A stretch of DNA of 64,000 nt from Candidatus Poribacteria bacterium (GCA_964291315.2 OZ219753.1:128001-192000), one strand, 5' to 3'; shown: positions 1 to 10,235, numbered from the stretch's first letter. Notes: generated from the letters alone by a model not told the origin. Made by a program: numbers and translations.

Positions 1-1287
1 ACGTTTCCATTCTTCGAAGAGGGTTTGCCCTGCCTCATCGGCGAAATGCCATGCCTCTTGGCTAACGGTTGCTGCTTGAGGTTCTAACAAACCGCGCCAT
101 GCGATTTCGTTACACTTGACGCGGTCGATGCCGTAAGCGAGTGCCTTTCGGAACCGTTGATCCCGAATGAGCTGTCTTAGCACCGGATCCGGTGCGGTCC
201 AGTTAATGAGGATGGCGGGTAACGCGCCGGCCGTACTTTTCCAACGGCGGACCTGATAGCCCCCCTTTTCTTGTCCTTTTAGGTAAAGTGCAAGATCACG
301 GAGTTCCATCCCCCGGTATTGGCAGTCAATCTCGCCGGCAAGAATTTTGAGTACCCGCACCTGAGGTTCGGGTACTAAACTCGTCTTGACTCTATCAATA
401 TAAGGGAGTTGCCTGCCGAGTGTATCAACAACGTAGTAGTAAGGGTTGCGCTCCAATTCGACACGGAACCCTCCCTTTTCGTACTTTGCCACGCGCCATG
501 GCCACAATGTTGGGCGTTCGGGGTTTTGGTGTGGACTGTCTTCTTTTTCGAATTGAATGAAATCCTTATATTTCGGATTGCTATCTGGATGAAATTGCAG
601 CATGTAGTGCTTCGGAATGTTGTATAAATTGCACCACCAAAATCCTGTTGCTAACCAAAGCGGGACAAGCCAATTGGGGCCCGCGAATTTCATTACGATA
701 GTGTAGTCATCCGGTGTCTCGACTTCCATCGGGATGCCGTTGACCTTGCACCAAACCGGCGGACTGTGTTTATACCGTTCATCAAGGCAGAGTTGGTAAT
801 AAAAAGCGAACGAAGCTGAAGTGTACGGATGGCCGTCTGACCATCTGATGCCTTTACGAAGCCGCAAGGTCAAGATACTTCCATCTTCATTAAACTCCCA
901 CGATTCGGCGAGCCCGGGTTCCAGGCCGGAGGCATCAAATTTCCATCGGATGAGCGGTGCATAACCGGCCGCCATCTTCCACGTCCCTAAATCTGGATGT
1001 GTGTGGAATCGGTGCCACGTCCCGCCGTAGGGGCCGGGTTGTTCATACCCTTCGAAATCCGTTTTAGCAACAAGCGGGTTTTCCGGAAGCCGCTCTGAGA
1101 GAGGAGGGAGTTTACCCTCGGCAACCCGTTTTGCCCACATCGGTGCCTCTTTCGCTTCAATGCCAGTTGGAAAGTCGGTGGTATCTTCTAATGGGCTGCC
1201 TGAGCATCCAAGCATAAGGATTGGGAGACTGAAAAGTAATACAATAAAATTCAGGGCAATCTTGAGAGGGGCTGTCGGTTTGGGCAT
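1..1287 (-). CDS. ABC transporter substrate-binding lipoprotein, family 5 (peptide/oligosaccharide); 3' part runs off the window
   Basis: Manual translation from ATG at 1287: MPKPTAPLKIALNFIVLLFSLPILMLGC (lipobox), then EAPMWAKRVAEGKLPPLSERLPENPLV and PGLAESWEFNEDGSILTLRLRKGIRWSDGHP (SBP_bac_5 signature). Follows the oppD/oppF-type ATPases. Confidence 0.9.
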   Translation of the reverse strand, partial: MPKPTAPLKIALNFIVLLFSLPILMLGCSGSPLEDTTDFPTGIEAKEAPMWAKRVAEGKLPPLSERLPENPLVAKTDFEGYEQPGPYGGTWHRFHTHPDLGTWKMAAGYAPLIRWKFDASGLEPGLAESWEFNEDGSILTLRLRKGIRWSDGHPYTSASFAFYYQLCLDERYKHSPPVWCKVNGIPMEVETPDDYTIVMKFAGPNWLVPLWLATGFWWCNLYNIPKHYMLQFHPDSNPKYKDFIQFEKEDSPHQNPERPTLWPWRVAKYEKGGFRVELERNPYYYVVDTLGRQLPYIDRVKTSLVPEPQVRVLKILAGEIDCQYRGMELRDLALYLKGQEKGGYQVRRWKSTAGALPAILINWTAPDPVLRQLIRDQRFRKALAYGIDRVKCNEIAWRGLLEPQAATVSQEAWHFADEAGQTLFEEWKR

Positions 1288-1437
1288 TTCAAGTGTTCTC
1301 CTCACTCATCTCTTACGAGGGAATAAGTGAATCTGTTTAAGTCTTGAGAGACGTTTACAAATGATTCTGCATGCTTCGCGGTTTTCTCATCAACCAAGTC
1401 CGGGGCTGTAATTTTTTTGTACCTTTTGCTGATTTCG

Positions 1438-2436
1438 TTACACTCCTTGCAGCTCCAGCTTATCGTTGTGGTGGCATGCTACCTGAATCCCTTGTGCCAC
1501 CTGGCGGAGTTCGGGTGTTTCTTGTTTACATATATCCGTTGCGTAACGGCATCGTGGGTGGAAATAACAACCAATAGGAGGCTGAGACGGATCGGGCACA
1601 TCTCCATCAAGTCGGATATGTTCACGTTTGCGCTGTGCGTTTGGATCGGGGAGCGGGACAGCAGAAATTAGTGCCTCTGTATAGGGGTGCTTCGGCGATT
1701 GATAGAGGGTTTTAGCATCGCTAATCTCTACAATTTTTCCGAGGTACATGACAGCAACACGGTCACTGATATGTTCAACAACGCTCAGATCGTGTGCGAT
1801 AAAGATATAAGAGAGTTGAAATTTTTCTCGGAGTTCTGCCAATAGGTTCAGAATTTGTGCTTGCACCGAGACATCGAGGGCTGAGACCGGTTCGTCTGCG
1901 ACGATGAGTTCGGGGCGGAGTGCTAATGCGCGTGCGATACCGATGCGTTGGCGTTGTCCGCCGCTGAAGGCGTGTGGATAGCGTCGGGTATCTTGTGATC
2001 TGAGCCCTACAGATTCAAGAAGTTCAACGACCCTATCTTGGAGCTCGTTTCCTTTTTCAGTCCGATTGACACGCATTGGTTCCGCAACGATATCTCCTAC
2101 GGTCATCCGTGGGTTGAGTGAGGCGTGTGGGTCTTGAAAAATCATCTGGATACGTTTGCGGAAAGGTCGCATTTCGTGGTGTGTTAGCTTTGCTAGATCT
2201 ACTTGTTCCTCACCGAAAATGAAACTGCCGCTAGTAGGTGGAATCAATCGGAGCAAACATCTGCCTGCTGTGGTTTTCCCGCATCCGCTTTCACCGACGA
2301 GACCGAGCGTTTCACCGCGTTGCACGTCAAAATCTATACCGTCAACTGCTTTGACGTAGCCGATGGTGCGTTGGAAGATACCCTTCTGAATTGGAAAGTA
2401 TTTTCGGAGGTTTTTCACCTCAAGCAGTGGTGCCAT
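1438..2436 (-). CDS. oppF: Oligopeptide/dipeptide ABC transporter ATP-binding protein (OppF/AppF type)
   Basis: Walker [10 protein letters not shown], signature FSGGQRQR, Walker B IVADEP, C-terminal HPYT and GCYFHPRC. Start moved from 2598 to ATG 2436 (MAPLLEV). Confidence 0.92.
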   Translation of the reverse strand: MAPLLEVKNLRKYFPIQKGIFQRTIGYVKAVDGIDFDVQRGETLGLVGESGCGKTTAGRCLLRLIPPTSGSFIFGEEQVDLAKLTHHEMRPFRKRIQMIFQDPHASLNPRMTVGDIVAEPMRVNRTEKGNELQDRVVELLESVGLRSQDTRRYPHAFSGGQRQRIGIARALALRPELIVADEPVSALDVSVQAQILNLLAELREKFQLSYIFIAHDLSVVEHISDRVAVMYLGKIVEISDAKTLYQSPKHPYTEALISAVPLPDPNAQRKREHIRLDGDVPDPSQPPIGCYFHPRCRYATDICKQETPELRQVAQGIQVACHHNDKLELQGV

Positions 2437-3487
2437 TTTTCGCCTCTTGTCCTTGTAAATCTCTGTGCAGCCAGCATCGGGTGGTTTGTGTGTCACTTCC
2501 CATTTTTTCATTAATTCCGACGAGTTCCGGCATCTGATCGCATTCTGGCATTCGTTCCGGACAGCGGGGTCCAAACGAGCAACCGACTGGTAGTGCAAGC
2601 GGATGTGGCACTGTCCCGGGAATAGACGGCAATACTTGCTGTAATGTTTTCCCGAGAACGGGGATAGATTTTAGCAAGCCTTGTGTGTATGGGTGTAACG
2701 GATTATAGAAGATGTCCTCAGCGGTGCCTTTTTCGACAACACGTCCTGCATACATCACTACGACTTCGTCAGCCAGGTCGGCGATAACTCCGAGATCATG
2801 TGTGATTAGCATGATTGCCATTCCCATTTCTGCTTGCAGTTCCTGCATCAGTCCGAGGACTTGTGCTTGGATAGTGACATCAAGCGCAGTTGTTGGTTCA
2901 TCTGCAATCAGAAGTGCGGGAGAACAACAGAGCGCCATTGCAATCATGATTCTTTGGCGCATGCCGCCCGAAAGTTGATGCGGGTATTCATCAACGCGTT
3001 GTGCGGGGGCAGGTATACCGACCCGAGCAATCATCTCAATTGCGCGTTCGCGCGCGTTTTTTTTGTTGACTCGATCGTGTAACATCACTGCTTCTGCGAT
3101 CTGGTTTCCGACGGTATAGACCGGATTCAGGGAGGTCATCGGTTCTTGGAAAATGATTGCGATCTCGTTGCCGCGGATTTGACGCATCAACTCGCTTTTC
3201 GGTGATGCTTGTACAATGTCCAAGGGATCCTCGTCACCGTTGCGGTGAAACACTATCTTACCGGCTTCGATTCGTCCAGGAGGGGGCACAAGTTGGAGCA
3301 TCGAGAGGCCGGTAATACTTTTCCCACAACCGCTCTCACCGACAACGCCAACGGTTTGTCCGCGCGCAATGGAGAAACTGACATCGTTCACTGCATTTAC
3401 AATACCATCATCTGTTGGAAAGACTGTCTTTAAACCAGAAATTTCGAGAAGTGGTGTTTTAGAATATGTTTTTTGCGCTGAATCCAT
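2420..3487 (-). CDS. oppD: Oligopeptide/dipeptide ABC transporter ATP-binding protein (OppD/AppD type)
   Basis: [45 protein letters not shown]. Confidence 0.93.
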   Translation of the reverse strand: MDSAQKTYSKTPLLEISGLKTVFPTDDGIVNAVNDVSFSIARGQTVGVVGESGCGKSITGLSMLQLVPPPGRIEAGKIVFHRNGDEDPLDIVQASPKSELMRQIRGNEIAIIFQEPMTSLNPVYTVGNQIAEAVMLHDRVNKKNARERAIEMIARVGIPAPAQRVDEYPHQLSGGMRQRIMIAMALCCSPALLIADEPTTALDVTIQAQVLGLMQELQAEMGMAIMLITHDLGVIADLADEVVVMYAGRVVEKGTAEDIFYNPLHPYTQGLLKSIPVLGKTLQQVLPSIPGTVPHPLALPVGCSFGPRCPERMPECDQMPELVGINEKMGSDTQTTRCWLHRDLQGQEAKNGTTA

Positions 3488-3526
3488 TCTATTGGGTTGC
3501 CTTGATACTTTTTCAAGCTTTTAGCC

Positions 3527-3555
3527 ATTGTACACAAAAAACGGATCTGTGTCAA
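3527..3555 (-). promoter_or_regulatory. Sigma70-type promoter for the opp genes
   Basis: TTGACA-N17-TACAAT on the minus strand, about 40 nt upstream of oppD. Confidence 0.65.
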
Positions 3556-3697
3556 TTTTTTTATTAATTCTATTTTAATTTAAAGGGGTTGAATTAAATA
3601 AGCAGGAGAGCGGTTGAGACATGTTGCTGATAATTGCTGAGAGGAGAGGAAGGGGAGGCGCGCTTACGAGAAAAATGGGACAAGTGCTCTTGCAAGT

Positions 3698-4417
3698 CTA
3701 CAATTCTGTTTTAATTTCATTCCAAAACACAGTGAGTTTTTCGGTTGCAGGCGCTTGGTGGTAGTTAGCAACGTGTGACTCGGCCATCTGTTGACTGATT
3801 GCTCCTGTGTTAGCGTGCCATGTTCCTGAGGTATCCCGCCTTGTTGTGAAAAAACGATTGTCTCTGTGCTGAACAGCGGTGACGACCTGCTGCGGTGTGT
3901 ACCTATTTTCAACCTTTGGTTCGATGTCTTTCAGTAATCCCCACGGGGTCGGTGAGATTCTCACTTGTTGGAGCCGCGTTTTCTCCATCGCAGTCAAGCC
4001 AAGCCCGGGGTCTTGCGAGTTTGTAAAGAACGCGAGTTTTAAGAAAAAACAAGAGGCGATGATATAGAAAAGTAGAGCAGTGACGTTAACAAACCTTGGG
4101 GAGAAATCTAACTTCAGTCGATCCAGACACCATGCTAATGGGTTTGCAAACAGGGCAATCCGCTGCCTTTTGTGGAAAGATCGTATGTACTGCTGAATGG
4201 TACCAGCTAATTCCGGTGGAGGTACCGGTTCATCTACGTTCTCTAGTAGGCTCGCCGTATTCCATAACGTTTCATACGCCATCTGGCAATTTGGACAGGT
4301 TCGTAGATGCTTCAAAAGCGCTCGTCGAGAGATGCCATCAAAAGCAGGTTTATTTGGCTTTGCGTTTTCTTGCTGAACCAGGTGCGGCAGATTATTAAGT
4401 GTCTGTTCGCAATTCAT
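3698..4417 (-). CDS. Zinc-binding (HxxxCxxC) membrane anti-sigma factor
   Basis: HLRTCPNC motif, PVPPPEL linker, one TM helix (VTALLFYIIASCFFLKLAFF). Directly downstream of an ECF sigma factor. Confidence 0.8.
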   Translation of the reverse strand: MNCEQTLNNLPHLVQQENAKPNKPAFDGISRRALLKHLRTCPNCQMAYETLWNTASLLENVDEPVPPPELAGTIQQYIRSFHKRQRIALFANPLAWCLDRLKLDFSPRFVNVTALLFYIIASCFFLKLAFFTNSQDPGLGLTAMEKTRLQQVRISPTPWGLLKDIEPKVENRYTPQQVVTAVQHRDNRFFTTRRDTSGTWHANTGAISQQMAESHVANYHQAPATEKLTVFWNEIKTEL

Positions 4418-4432
4418 GGGGACATGTCCTTT

Positions 4433-5029
4433 CTACAGATAGTGTTTACTCAGTTTCCGCTTGAGGTTTTTCAATGCTTGATTCAAGCGTGATGCCACAG
4501 TCCCCTCTGAACAATTTAGAACTTCGGCAATTTCCCGGTATTTGAGATGTTGCATATAGTAGAGTGTGACAACTTCGCGTTGTTTCGGCGGCAGCAAATT
4601 GATAGCACCTTGAACAATTTCGTTCTGTTCGTCTTTAAGTACTGAACGCTCAGGTGCATTTTGGTCTGCGGTAACACTGTTGATTTCAGACTCTCTGGCA
4701 TAAGCCGTAAGCTTGTTAGCGTGTGCTTGTGCTTTGCGAATATACTGCTGGCATGTATTGATGCCGATGCGATACAGCCATGTTCCAAACTGGGATTGGA
4801 ACCGAAAGGCTTTAATTGATTTGTATGCCTCTAAAAATGTTTCCTGTGTTGCATCGGCGGCATCCTCACGGTTACCAAGCATCCGGTAGGCAAGTCCATA
4901 GATTTTTGAATGATGGCGATTAACGAGTTCGTTGAACGCCTCAACATCACCTTCTACTGTTTTGTGTACGTAGACATCATCAGGTATCATATCAAACTCA
5001 CTTTTTGAAGTGTTATTTGTTTGTTGCAT
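4433..5029 (-). CDS. ECF RNA polymerase sigma-70 factor (SigW/RpoE-like)
   Basis: GDVEAFNELV, DATQETFL, FGTWLYRI, and region 4 LPPKQREVVTLYY..YREIAEVLNCSEGTVASRL. Confidence 0.93.
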   Translation of the reverse strand: MQQTNNTSKSEFDMIPDDVYVHKTVEGDVEAFNELVNRHHSKIYGLAYRMLGNREDAADATQETFLEAYKSIKAFRFQSQFGTWLYRIGINTCQQYIRKAQAHANKLTAYARESEINSVTADQNAPERSVLKDEQNEIVQGAINLLPPKQREVVTLYYMQHLKYREIAEVLNCSEGTVASRLNQALKNLKRKLSKHYL

Positions 5030-5056
5030 TCCAACTGATTTTTCTTCATTTTTTAT

Positions 5057-5527
5057 TTATCGGTTATCTGGTGAACGCCATGGGTTGCAGTGCCCTGCAA
5101 AACGTTTGAGAGCCCCGCTTTTAACAATAATCGCCTCCGGTCGCAGCACCGTGGCATAAGATGTGAGGAGTGCAATTGTGTCGAGCAGAGAGTTGTAGCC
5201 TGACAAACCAGAAATGTCGATATAAATTTTACTGAATGGTTCGCCAAGTTCAAGGGCCGCCCTGACATCGAAGCCGTCAAGCACTTCAAAATGGAGTTCA
5301 GGGTGCGTTTCTCTGGCCCGTGCAATACATTTAGGGCTGATGTCGGTCCCGATGACTTTCTTACAATGTGGTGCGATCAAGGTGGTTGTCGTTCCCCATT
5401 CGCAACCGATTTCCAACACAGTATCCTCAGCGTTTATCCAGATAGGAATCGTCTCTCGATATTCTTTAACTCCGCGCGTCGCGATGAAGTCGGTGTATCC
5501 CTCGAATAGTTGGTTATGGACTGCCAT
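5057..5527 (-). CDS. Small class I SAM-dependent methyltransferase
   Basis: VLEIGCEWG (motif I) and VIGTDIS (motif II). Confidence 0.8.
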   Translation of the reverse strand: MAVHNQLFEGYTDFIATRGVKEYRETIPIWINAEDTVLEIGCEWGTTTTLIAPHCKKVIGTDISPKCIARARETHPELHFEVLDGFDVRAALELGEPFSKIYIDISGLSGYNSLLDTIALLTSYATVLRPEAIIVKSGALKRFAGHCNPWRSPDNR

Positions 5528-5559
5528 AAGTGTCTTTCTATACGTTTCCTGGTTCTATG

Positions 5560-6129
5560 TTAGGGTGAGTTTTGGAGGGTTTCTGCGGTTTCGCACGCCT
5601 CACAGACTAGAGCGAAACGTTTAGTGCCGTTTATCTCAAGCTCGGTCTCGTAATCGTAGCTAACTGGTAGATTTGACGCGCCGCACCAATCGCATTTTCC
5701 ACGGAAGGTGTGTGCTTTCTGTGCTAACAGCATTTCCTTCTGCTCCTCAATCTTTCGAGTAGCAGCGATGAGGTTTAGTGCACGTTGACGTAGCTTAGGA
5801 TCGGTTTCCTCTTTGGCGATTTTTTTTAGCAGCGGTTGCAGTCTCGGGTCGTTTGGGTTGCCTCCGTCGTCGAGCGTATGCCATGCAGCTTTGCGGACAC
5901 GCAGATCAGGATCAACTAAGCCTTTGTAAAGTGCGACCCAAACCTTGTTGATACTTTTCCGGACATGACAGGGACAGAGGTTGTCCATTGCTAGAACGCG
6001 CTCATCGGCGTTAGAAGAATAAGCGAGAGATAGATAGTATTCGACATCATCTCCGCGTAAACGATCTTCGCCACACTTGTGGGCCTTCCGCTGATATTTG
6101 TTCATCCCCCATTTTTTTCGCTTTGTCAT
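5560..6129 (-). CDS. HEAT-repeat protein with a CPCH motif and a C-terminal CxxC...CxxC zinc ribbon
   Basis: LCPCHV, DPDLRVRKAAWHTL, ETDPKLRQRAL, CDWC...CEAC. Confidence 0.7.
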   Translation of the reverse strand: MTKRKKWGMNKYQRKAHKCGEDRLRGDDVEYYLSLAYSSNADERVLAMDNLCPCHVRKSINKVWVALYKGLVDPDLRVRKAAWHTLDDGGNPNDPRLQPLLKKIAKEETDPKLRQRALNLIAATRKIEEQKEMLLAQKAHTFRGKCDWCGASNLPVSYDYETELEINGTKRFALVCEACETAETLQNSP

Positions 6130-6142
6130 CTGTTTCCTCCGA

Positions 6143-7462
6143 TTATCTTGACCCGCACACCAATTCTTCCACCTCGTCTATTTCTTTCGGAACCCCATCT
6201 GTTAGTATTTCGCAACCGGTTTCGGTGACAAGAAGGTCGTCCTCTATGCGAACACCAATACCGAGGTAATCTGATGGGACATTTTTTGTATCGTCTGCAA
6301 CATAGATCCCTGGCTCGATTGTCATTACCATACCGGGTTGGAAAGTTTTAAAGTCACCGTTTGCGTCGTGGACACAATTGACATCATGCACATCTAAGCC
6401 GAGCATGTGTCCTATTCTATACATGTAGAACTGCCGGTATTTTTCTTTTTGTATTAATTTCTGTGTTTTTCCTTTGAGTAGGCCGAGGCTAAGCATAGCT
6501 TCCGTCAATAACTCAATTGATTTTTGGTGCGGTTCCTCAATAGAGACACCTGGATGGATAGAATCGATGAGGGTGTAGTGCGCGTCAAGAACAAGTTGAT
6601 AGACTTCTCGCTGTGCCTTAGTGAAAGTGCCGTTTGCGGGGAAAGTGCGGGTCACATCGCCGGAATACCGCGCGTACTCTGCCCCCGCGTCGATGAGGAC
6701 AAGTGTGTTATCTTCAATCCGGCAGTCATTTATTGTGTAATGGAGTGTCGTAGCATTTCCACCGCTCGCGACAATCGTCGGGAAGGCAGGACCGTTTGCA
6801 CCGTTCATGCGGAACGTAGATTCCACAAGGGCTTCCAGGTCGTATTCATACATCCCTGGTTGGACTGCTTTCATCGCTGCTGTATGACCGGCGACTGTTA
6901 TCTCCGTTGCCTTTCGGATACGCTCCAATTCCGTCTCATTTTTGATTAACCGCAGTTCGCTGAGAATCGGACTCGGATCGACTAAGGTGTCAAATCCTTG
7001 GCCAGAACGAATTCGTGATCTGACGGATCCTGTGAAGATTTCGAGAATTTCGCTGTCAACGGCCTCGTTGGAACCGAGGGTGTAGTAAAGCCTTTCTGCT
7101 CCTTGTAAGTATTTTCCGATTTTCTCGCTAAATTTCTCTATCGGATAGGCTTTATCCGCCCCGTAACGTTTACGAGCGTCACATACCCCGACGCGTTTAC
7201 CGTTCCAGATTTCTGCCTGCCTGTCTTTCGGGCGAACAAATAGAATATATTGGTGCTTCGGATGATCCGGCGCGATTACACACATTGACTCTGGTTCTTC
7301 AAATCCCGTCAAATAATAGAAATTCGGATCTGGCCGGTAAAGGTATTCGGTGTCGTGGTTCCATGCTGCAGGTGGTCTACTTACAAAGATAGCGACTCCC
7401 CCGCGCCCCATTTTTTCAATAAAGGCTTTGCGATTTTGTTCGTGCAAATGTTTCTCCCTCAT
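6143..7462 (-). CDS. pepP: Xaa-Pro aminopeptidase P (M24B)
   Basis: N-domain YRPDPNFYYLTGFEEP; metal ligands DAG, GDVTRT, GHMLGLDVHD, TIEPG, RIEDD. Confidence 0.93.
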   Translation of the reverse strand: MREKHLHEQNRKAFIEKMGRGGVAIFVSRPPAAWNHDTEYLYRPDPNFYYLTGFEEPESMCVIAPDHPKHQYILFVRPKDRQAEIWNGKRVGVCDARKRYGADKAYPIEKFSEKIGKYLQGAERLYYTLGSNEAVDSEILEIFTGSVRSRIRSGQGFDTLVDPSPILSELRLIKNETELERIRKATEITVAGHTAAMKAVQPGMYEYDLEALVESTFRMNGANGPAFPTIVASGGNATTLHYTINDCRIEDNTLVLIDAGAEYARYSGDVTRTFPANGTFTKAQREVYQLVLDAHYTLIDSIHPGVSIEEPHQKSIELLTEAMLSLGLLKGKTQKLIQKEKYRQFYMYRIGHMLGLDVHDVNCVHDANGDFKTFQPGMVMTIEPGIYVADDTKNVPSDYLGIGVRIEDDLLVTETGCEILTDGVPKEIDEVEELVCGSR

Positions 7463-7489
7463 AGCGATGAAGTGTTTGCGTAGCTTCTG

Positions 7490-8476
7490 CTACAGATACC
7501 CGATCGGTGTGCCGATTTTACCAATAATACCGCCGCTTGCGACCATTGGGTAGATTGGCCTGGCCCAGAAAATACCTTCTACGGGTGATCGGATGGATTC
7601 CCGAACGTTCCCGAACACATCTCGGATATCAGCAATAGGTTGGTACGCGGCTACCTGATCATACAATTCTGTCTTGTAATAGACAAATCCGCCTTCATTG
7701 CTAAGTAGTGGTGCAAGCTGTTTAACGACAAATTGCCGTTCAGGTATCTCCGGCGTTCCATCAATGAAGTGATAATGTTTCAAGACATTCAACACGCCCC
7801 GCACACCTTTTTCTATGCTTGCCGCATCCCAGCCGTGGGTTCCGCCCAATTCCGGATCAATTGTCGGAATGCCTACCTCTGGTGCAGCCTGGGCAAGTTG
7901 ACCTCTTGGTCCCCTCTGGTTCAGAATATGTCCGATACCGAAGACCCGTGCAAGTTCGAGGCAGGCACTGTGGAGCGTATGTTTTTCGTCAACGCGGACG
8001 CGGACCTCGTCGATCATCGGATGGACCCCGCCTTGGTGCAAGTCGAGGCAATAATCCGCCTGCTGGACAGCACGCCGGAATAGGTGGTAGGCTATCCGTT
8101 CACTTGAGGTACCGTCGCGTCTGCCCGGAAAACAGCGGTTCATCTTCCGGTTGTCAACCGGATTAAGTGCCTGTTTGGTGTGAAACGCGTGCACATTCAC
8201 AAGCGGCACAGCAATAATCCTGCCTCTTAGTTGATCGGGGGTTATGCTGTGAAGAATTCTGTGGATAACCGCTATTCCGTTGAGTTCATCTCCGTCGCTG
8301 ATTGCTTGGATATAGCACGTTTTGCCAGGATACCTCCCGTTGATTAGCACGACCGGCAGTCTAACTGCTGTTCCATCGGGCATACTTCCAACTTTCAGGT
8401 GCCCGTCTATTCGAGTCCCAGGTTCAGCGACTAATTGCGCGACTACCAGTTTGCTATGGCGAATATTATTCCTCAT
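7490..8476 (-). CDS. Succinylglutamate desuccinylase/aspartoacylase (M14 ASTE/ASPA) family protein
   Basis: SDGDELNG, MNRCFPG, DLHQG, PELGG and a C-terminal biotinyl-like fold. Start ATG 8476 chosen because the ORF-track start lies inside the promoter. Confidence 0.85.
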   Translation of the reverse strand: MRNNIRHSKLVVAQLVAEPGTRIDGHLKVGSMPDGTAVRLPVVLINGRYPGKTCYIQAISDGDELNGIAVIHRILHSITPDQLRGRIIAVPLVNVHAFHTKQALNPVDNRKMNRCFPGRRDGTSSERIAYHLFRRAVQQADYCLDLHQGGVHPMIDEVRVRVDEKHTLHSACLELARVFGIGHILNQRGPRGQLAQAAPEVGIPTIDPELGGTHGWDAASIEKGVRGVLNVLKHYHFIDGTPEIPERQFVVKQLAPLLSNEGGFVYYKTELYDQVAAYQPIADIRDVFGNVRESIRSPVEGIFWARPIYPMVASGGIIGKIGTPIGYL

Positions 8477-8483
8477 AACGCTT

Positions 8484-8512
8484 ATTTTAACATAATCTCT
8501 CAAATAAGTCAA
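8484..8512 (-). promoter_or_regulatory. Sigma70 promoter with extended -10, apparently giving a leaderless mRNA
   Basis: TTGACT-N17-TAAAAT with TG at -15/-14. ATG lies 7 nt beyond the -10 box and there is no SD sequence. Confidence 0.55.
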
Positions 8513-8560
8513 ATCAGAGGTGAAGATAGCTGTCCGTGGACATTTAGTCCGGAAGGACCA

Positions 8561-8584
8561 GCATAGTTAAGAACCTATGCCTAC
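8561..8584 (-). repeat. REP-like GTAG palindrome
   Basis: Minus strand reads GTAG-GCATAG-gttcttaa-CTATGC. Confidence 0.45.
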
Positions 8585-8685
8585 TGAAATCTAGCGCCAA
8601 AAATGGAAGTAAAAACTAAATGCCGCTACCTGTCAATTATGAAAACTTGATTTTGCGGCGGTTTTTTGGTAAACTTATATCTATT

Positions 8686-9375
8686 ATGAATATGGAAACC
8701 CCAAAAAAAATTGCAGCGGAAAAAGCAACAGAGAGCGTCACAGCTGGCATGGTTGTCGGATTAGGGACGGGTTCTACTGTCTATTACGCGCTCTTGAAGC
8801 TTGGTAATATGGTTCGAGAAGGCCTGAATATTGTGGGCATCCCTACATCTGCTAGCACTGAAAAAGTTGCGATCGCACAACAGATACCGCTCACAACGCT
8901 CGCTTCGCATCCTAATATCGATCTTACGATTGATGGTGCTGATGAAGTTGATGCCTCCCTGAACTTAATCAAAGGCGGCGGGGCGGCCCTCGTCCGAGAG
9001 AAGATTATCGCAAATGTGTCTAAAGAGCTGTTAATTGTTGTTGACGAAAGCAAGGTGTCTCGTGTCCTCGGAACAACCTTCGCGCTCCCGGTGGAAATTG
9101 TACGGTTCGGGTGGGAGGCGACGCAGAGAGAGGTCAACCGAATTTGTAGACATTCAACATTACGTCTTGCAACGCCTCGAGGTGGAGATCGGGAAACACT
9201 CATCACTGACAACGGCAACTACATACTTGATTGCCATTTTGAGGGGATCCCAGAACCCGAGCAGGTTGAAATGGAGCTGAATAACATCCCCGGTGTGGTG
9301 GAAAATGGGATTTTTGTCAATCGTGCCGATAAAATTATCATCGGTACGTCTTCCGGCATTCGATATATAGGGTGA
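8686..9375 (+). CDS. rpiA: Ribose-5-phosphate isomerase A
   Basis: GLGTGST, DGADEVD, IKGGGAALVREK, TDNGNYILD. Start likely 8686 or 8692. Confidence 0.96.
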   Translation: MNMETPKKIAAEKATESVTAGMVVGLGTGSTVYYALLKLGNMVREGLNIVGIPTSASTEKVAIAQQIPLTTLASHPNIDLTIDGADEVDASLNLIKGGGAALVREKIIANVSKELLIVVDESKVSRVLGTTFALPVEIVRFGWEATQREVNRICRHSTLRLATPRGGDRETLITDNGNYILDCHFEGIPEPEQVEMELNNIPGVVENGIFVNRADKIIIGTSSGIRYIG

Positions 9376-9380
9376 CCTCA

Positions 9381-10235
9381 ATGGACAGACACCTATTCCT
9401 AATTTTACTTCTTGTTTTTACACCTATAATGGTGTCCGGGCCTGTTAAGTGTGAAGTGTTCACAGCAAGTGGCTTGGTCGATATTCCGACGGGGGCAGTA
9501 CTGAAGCACGGCATATTTACGGTAGGTTCCTATTTCGCTGTCCGGCAAAATGCAAAGGAATCAGCGATACAAACCGGTTCCACACACCTCAATGGCGATG
9601 CGGGAGTCCACTTCGACTTCGGATTGTTCGATAGAACTGAGTTCGGCCTTGGATGTGTGTGGCGGGAGTATAGGACCGAGCGTTCCCCTGAGCAGGTTGC
9701 GAGTTTGAAAGTCCAGCTCTTAAAAGAGCCGGACACAGGAAAAATTCCGAATGTCGCGGTCGGTATTGAATATCCTAGGGATGGCATTTTCGCATCTAAC
9801 TCGGTGGATCGGCTTCTGCCTTCAGTATTTTTGGCTGTTAGTAAAACTTTCAATCTACCGCGGGTCCACCAATTTTCCGGTCATATTGGTGTTGGTACGC
9901 AGCGATTCGCGTTTGATGGGGGATCTATAGGTCTGTTTGCTGGTGTGAGCAAGGAATTCCAACCGGCTTTTGCCCGGGGCGACATCACAATGAGCATGGC
10001 GTTTGATGGCGCAGGTGTCAATGCGGGTATCCGTTATAGCACTTCAAGCGGTCTTCAGACGGCGTTTGGAGCTGAGACGCTCAACGACTCAGCAGCGTTG
10101 CGCTATCTTGCCTCGGTTTCATGGACAAATGCAAAGCTGCTTGAGCAGATTGATGAAACGAAGCGGCTTCTCCAACGAGCGACGCAACTTGCGGTCGAAG
10201 CGAAACGTGCCACAGAGAAAAAAGCCGACGAATAA
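9381..10235 (+). CDS. Secreted YjbH-like outer-membrane beta-barrel protein with a C-terminal coiled coil
   Basis: Signal peptide, GLVDIPTG (YjbH-like start), amphipathic beta strands, and helical tail LLEQIDETKRLLQRATQLA. Confidence 0.6.
   Translation: MDRHLFLILLLVFTPIMVSGPVKCEVFTASGLVDIPTGAVLKHGIFTVGSYFAVRQNAKESAIQTGSTHLNGDAGVHFDFGLFDRTEFGLGCVWREYRTERSPEQVASLKVQLLKEPDTGKIPNVAVGIEYPRDGIFASNSVDRLLPSVFLAVSKTFNLPRVHQFSGHIGVGTQRFAFDGGSIGLFAGVSKEFQPAFARGDITMSMAFDGAGVNAGIRYSTSSGLQTAFGAETLNDSAALRYLASVSWTNAKLLEQIDETKRLLQRATQLAVEAKRATEKKADE

Noticed and set aside
2437-2598. N-terminal extension of oppF in the ORF track
   Set aside because: Overlaps oppD; family homology begins at MAPLLEV.
8703-8710. 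A8/T8 runs in rpiA, oppD, the HEAT gene, hydantoinase, thermonuclease and the TBDR as phase-variation sites
   Set aside because: All are in frame, encode Lys/Phe runs, and are common in this genome; no sign of switching.
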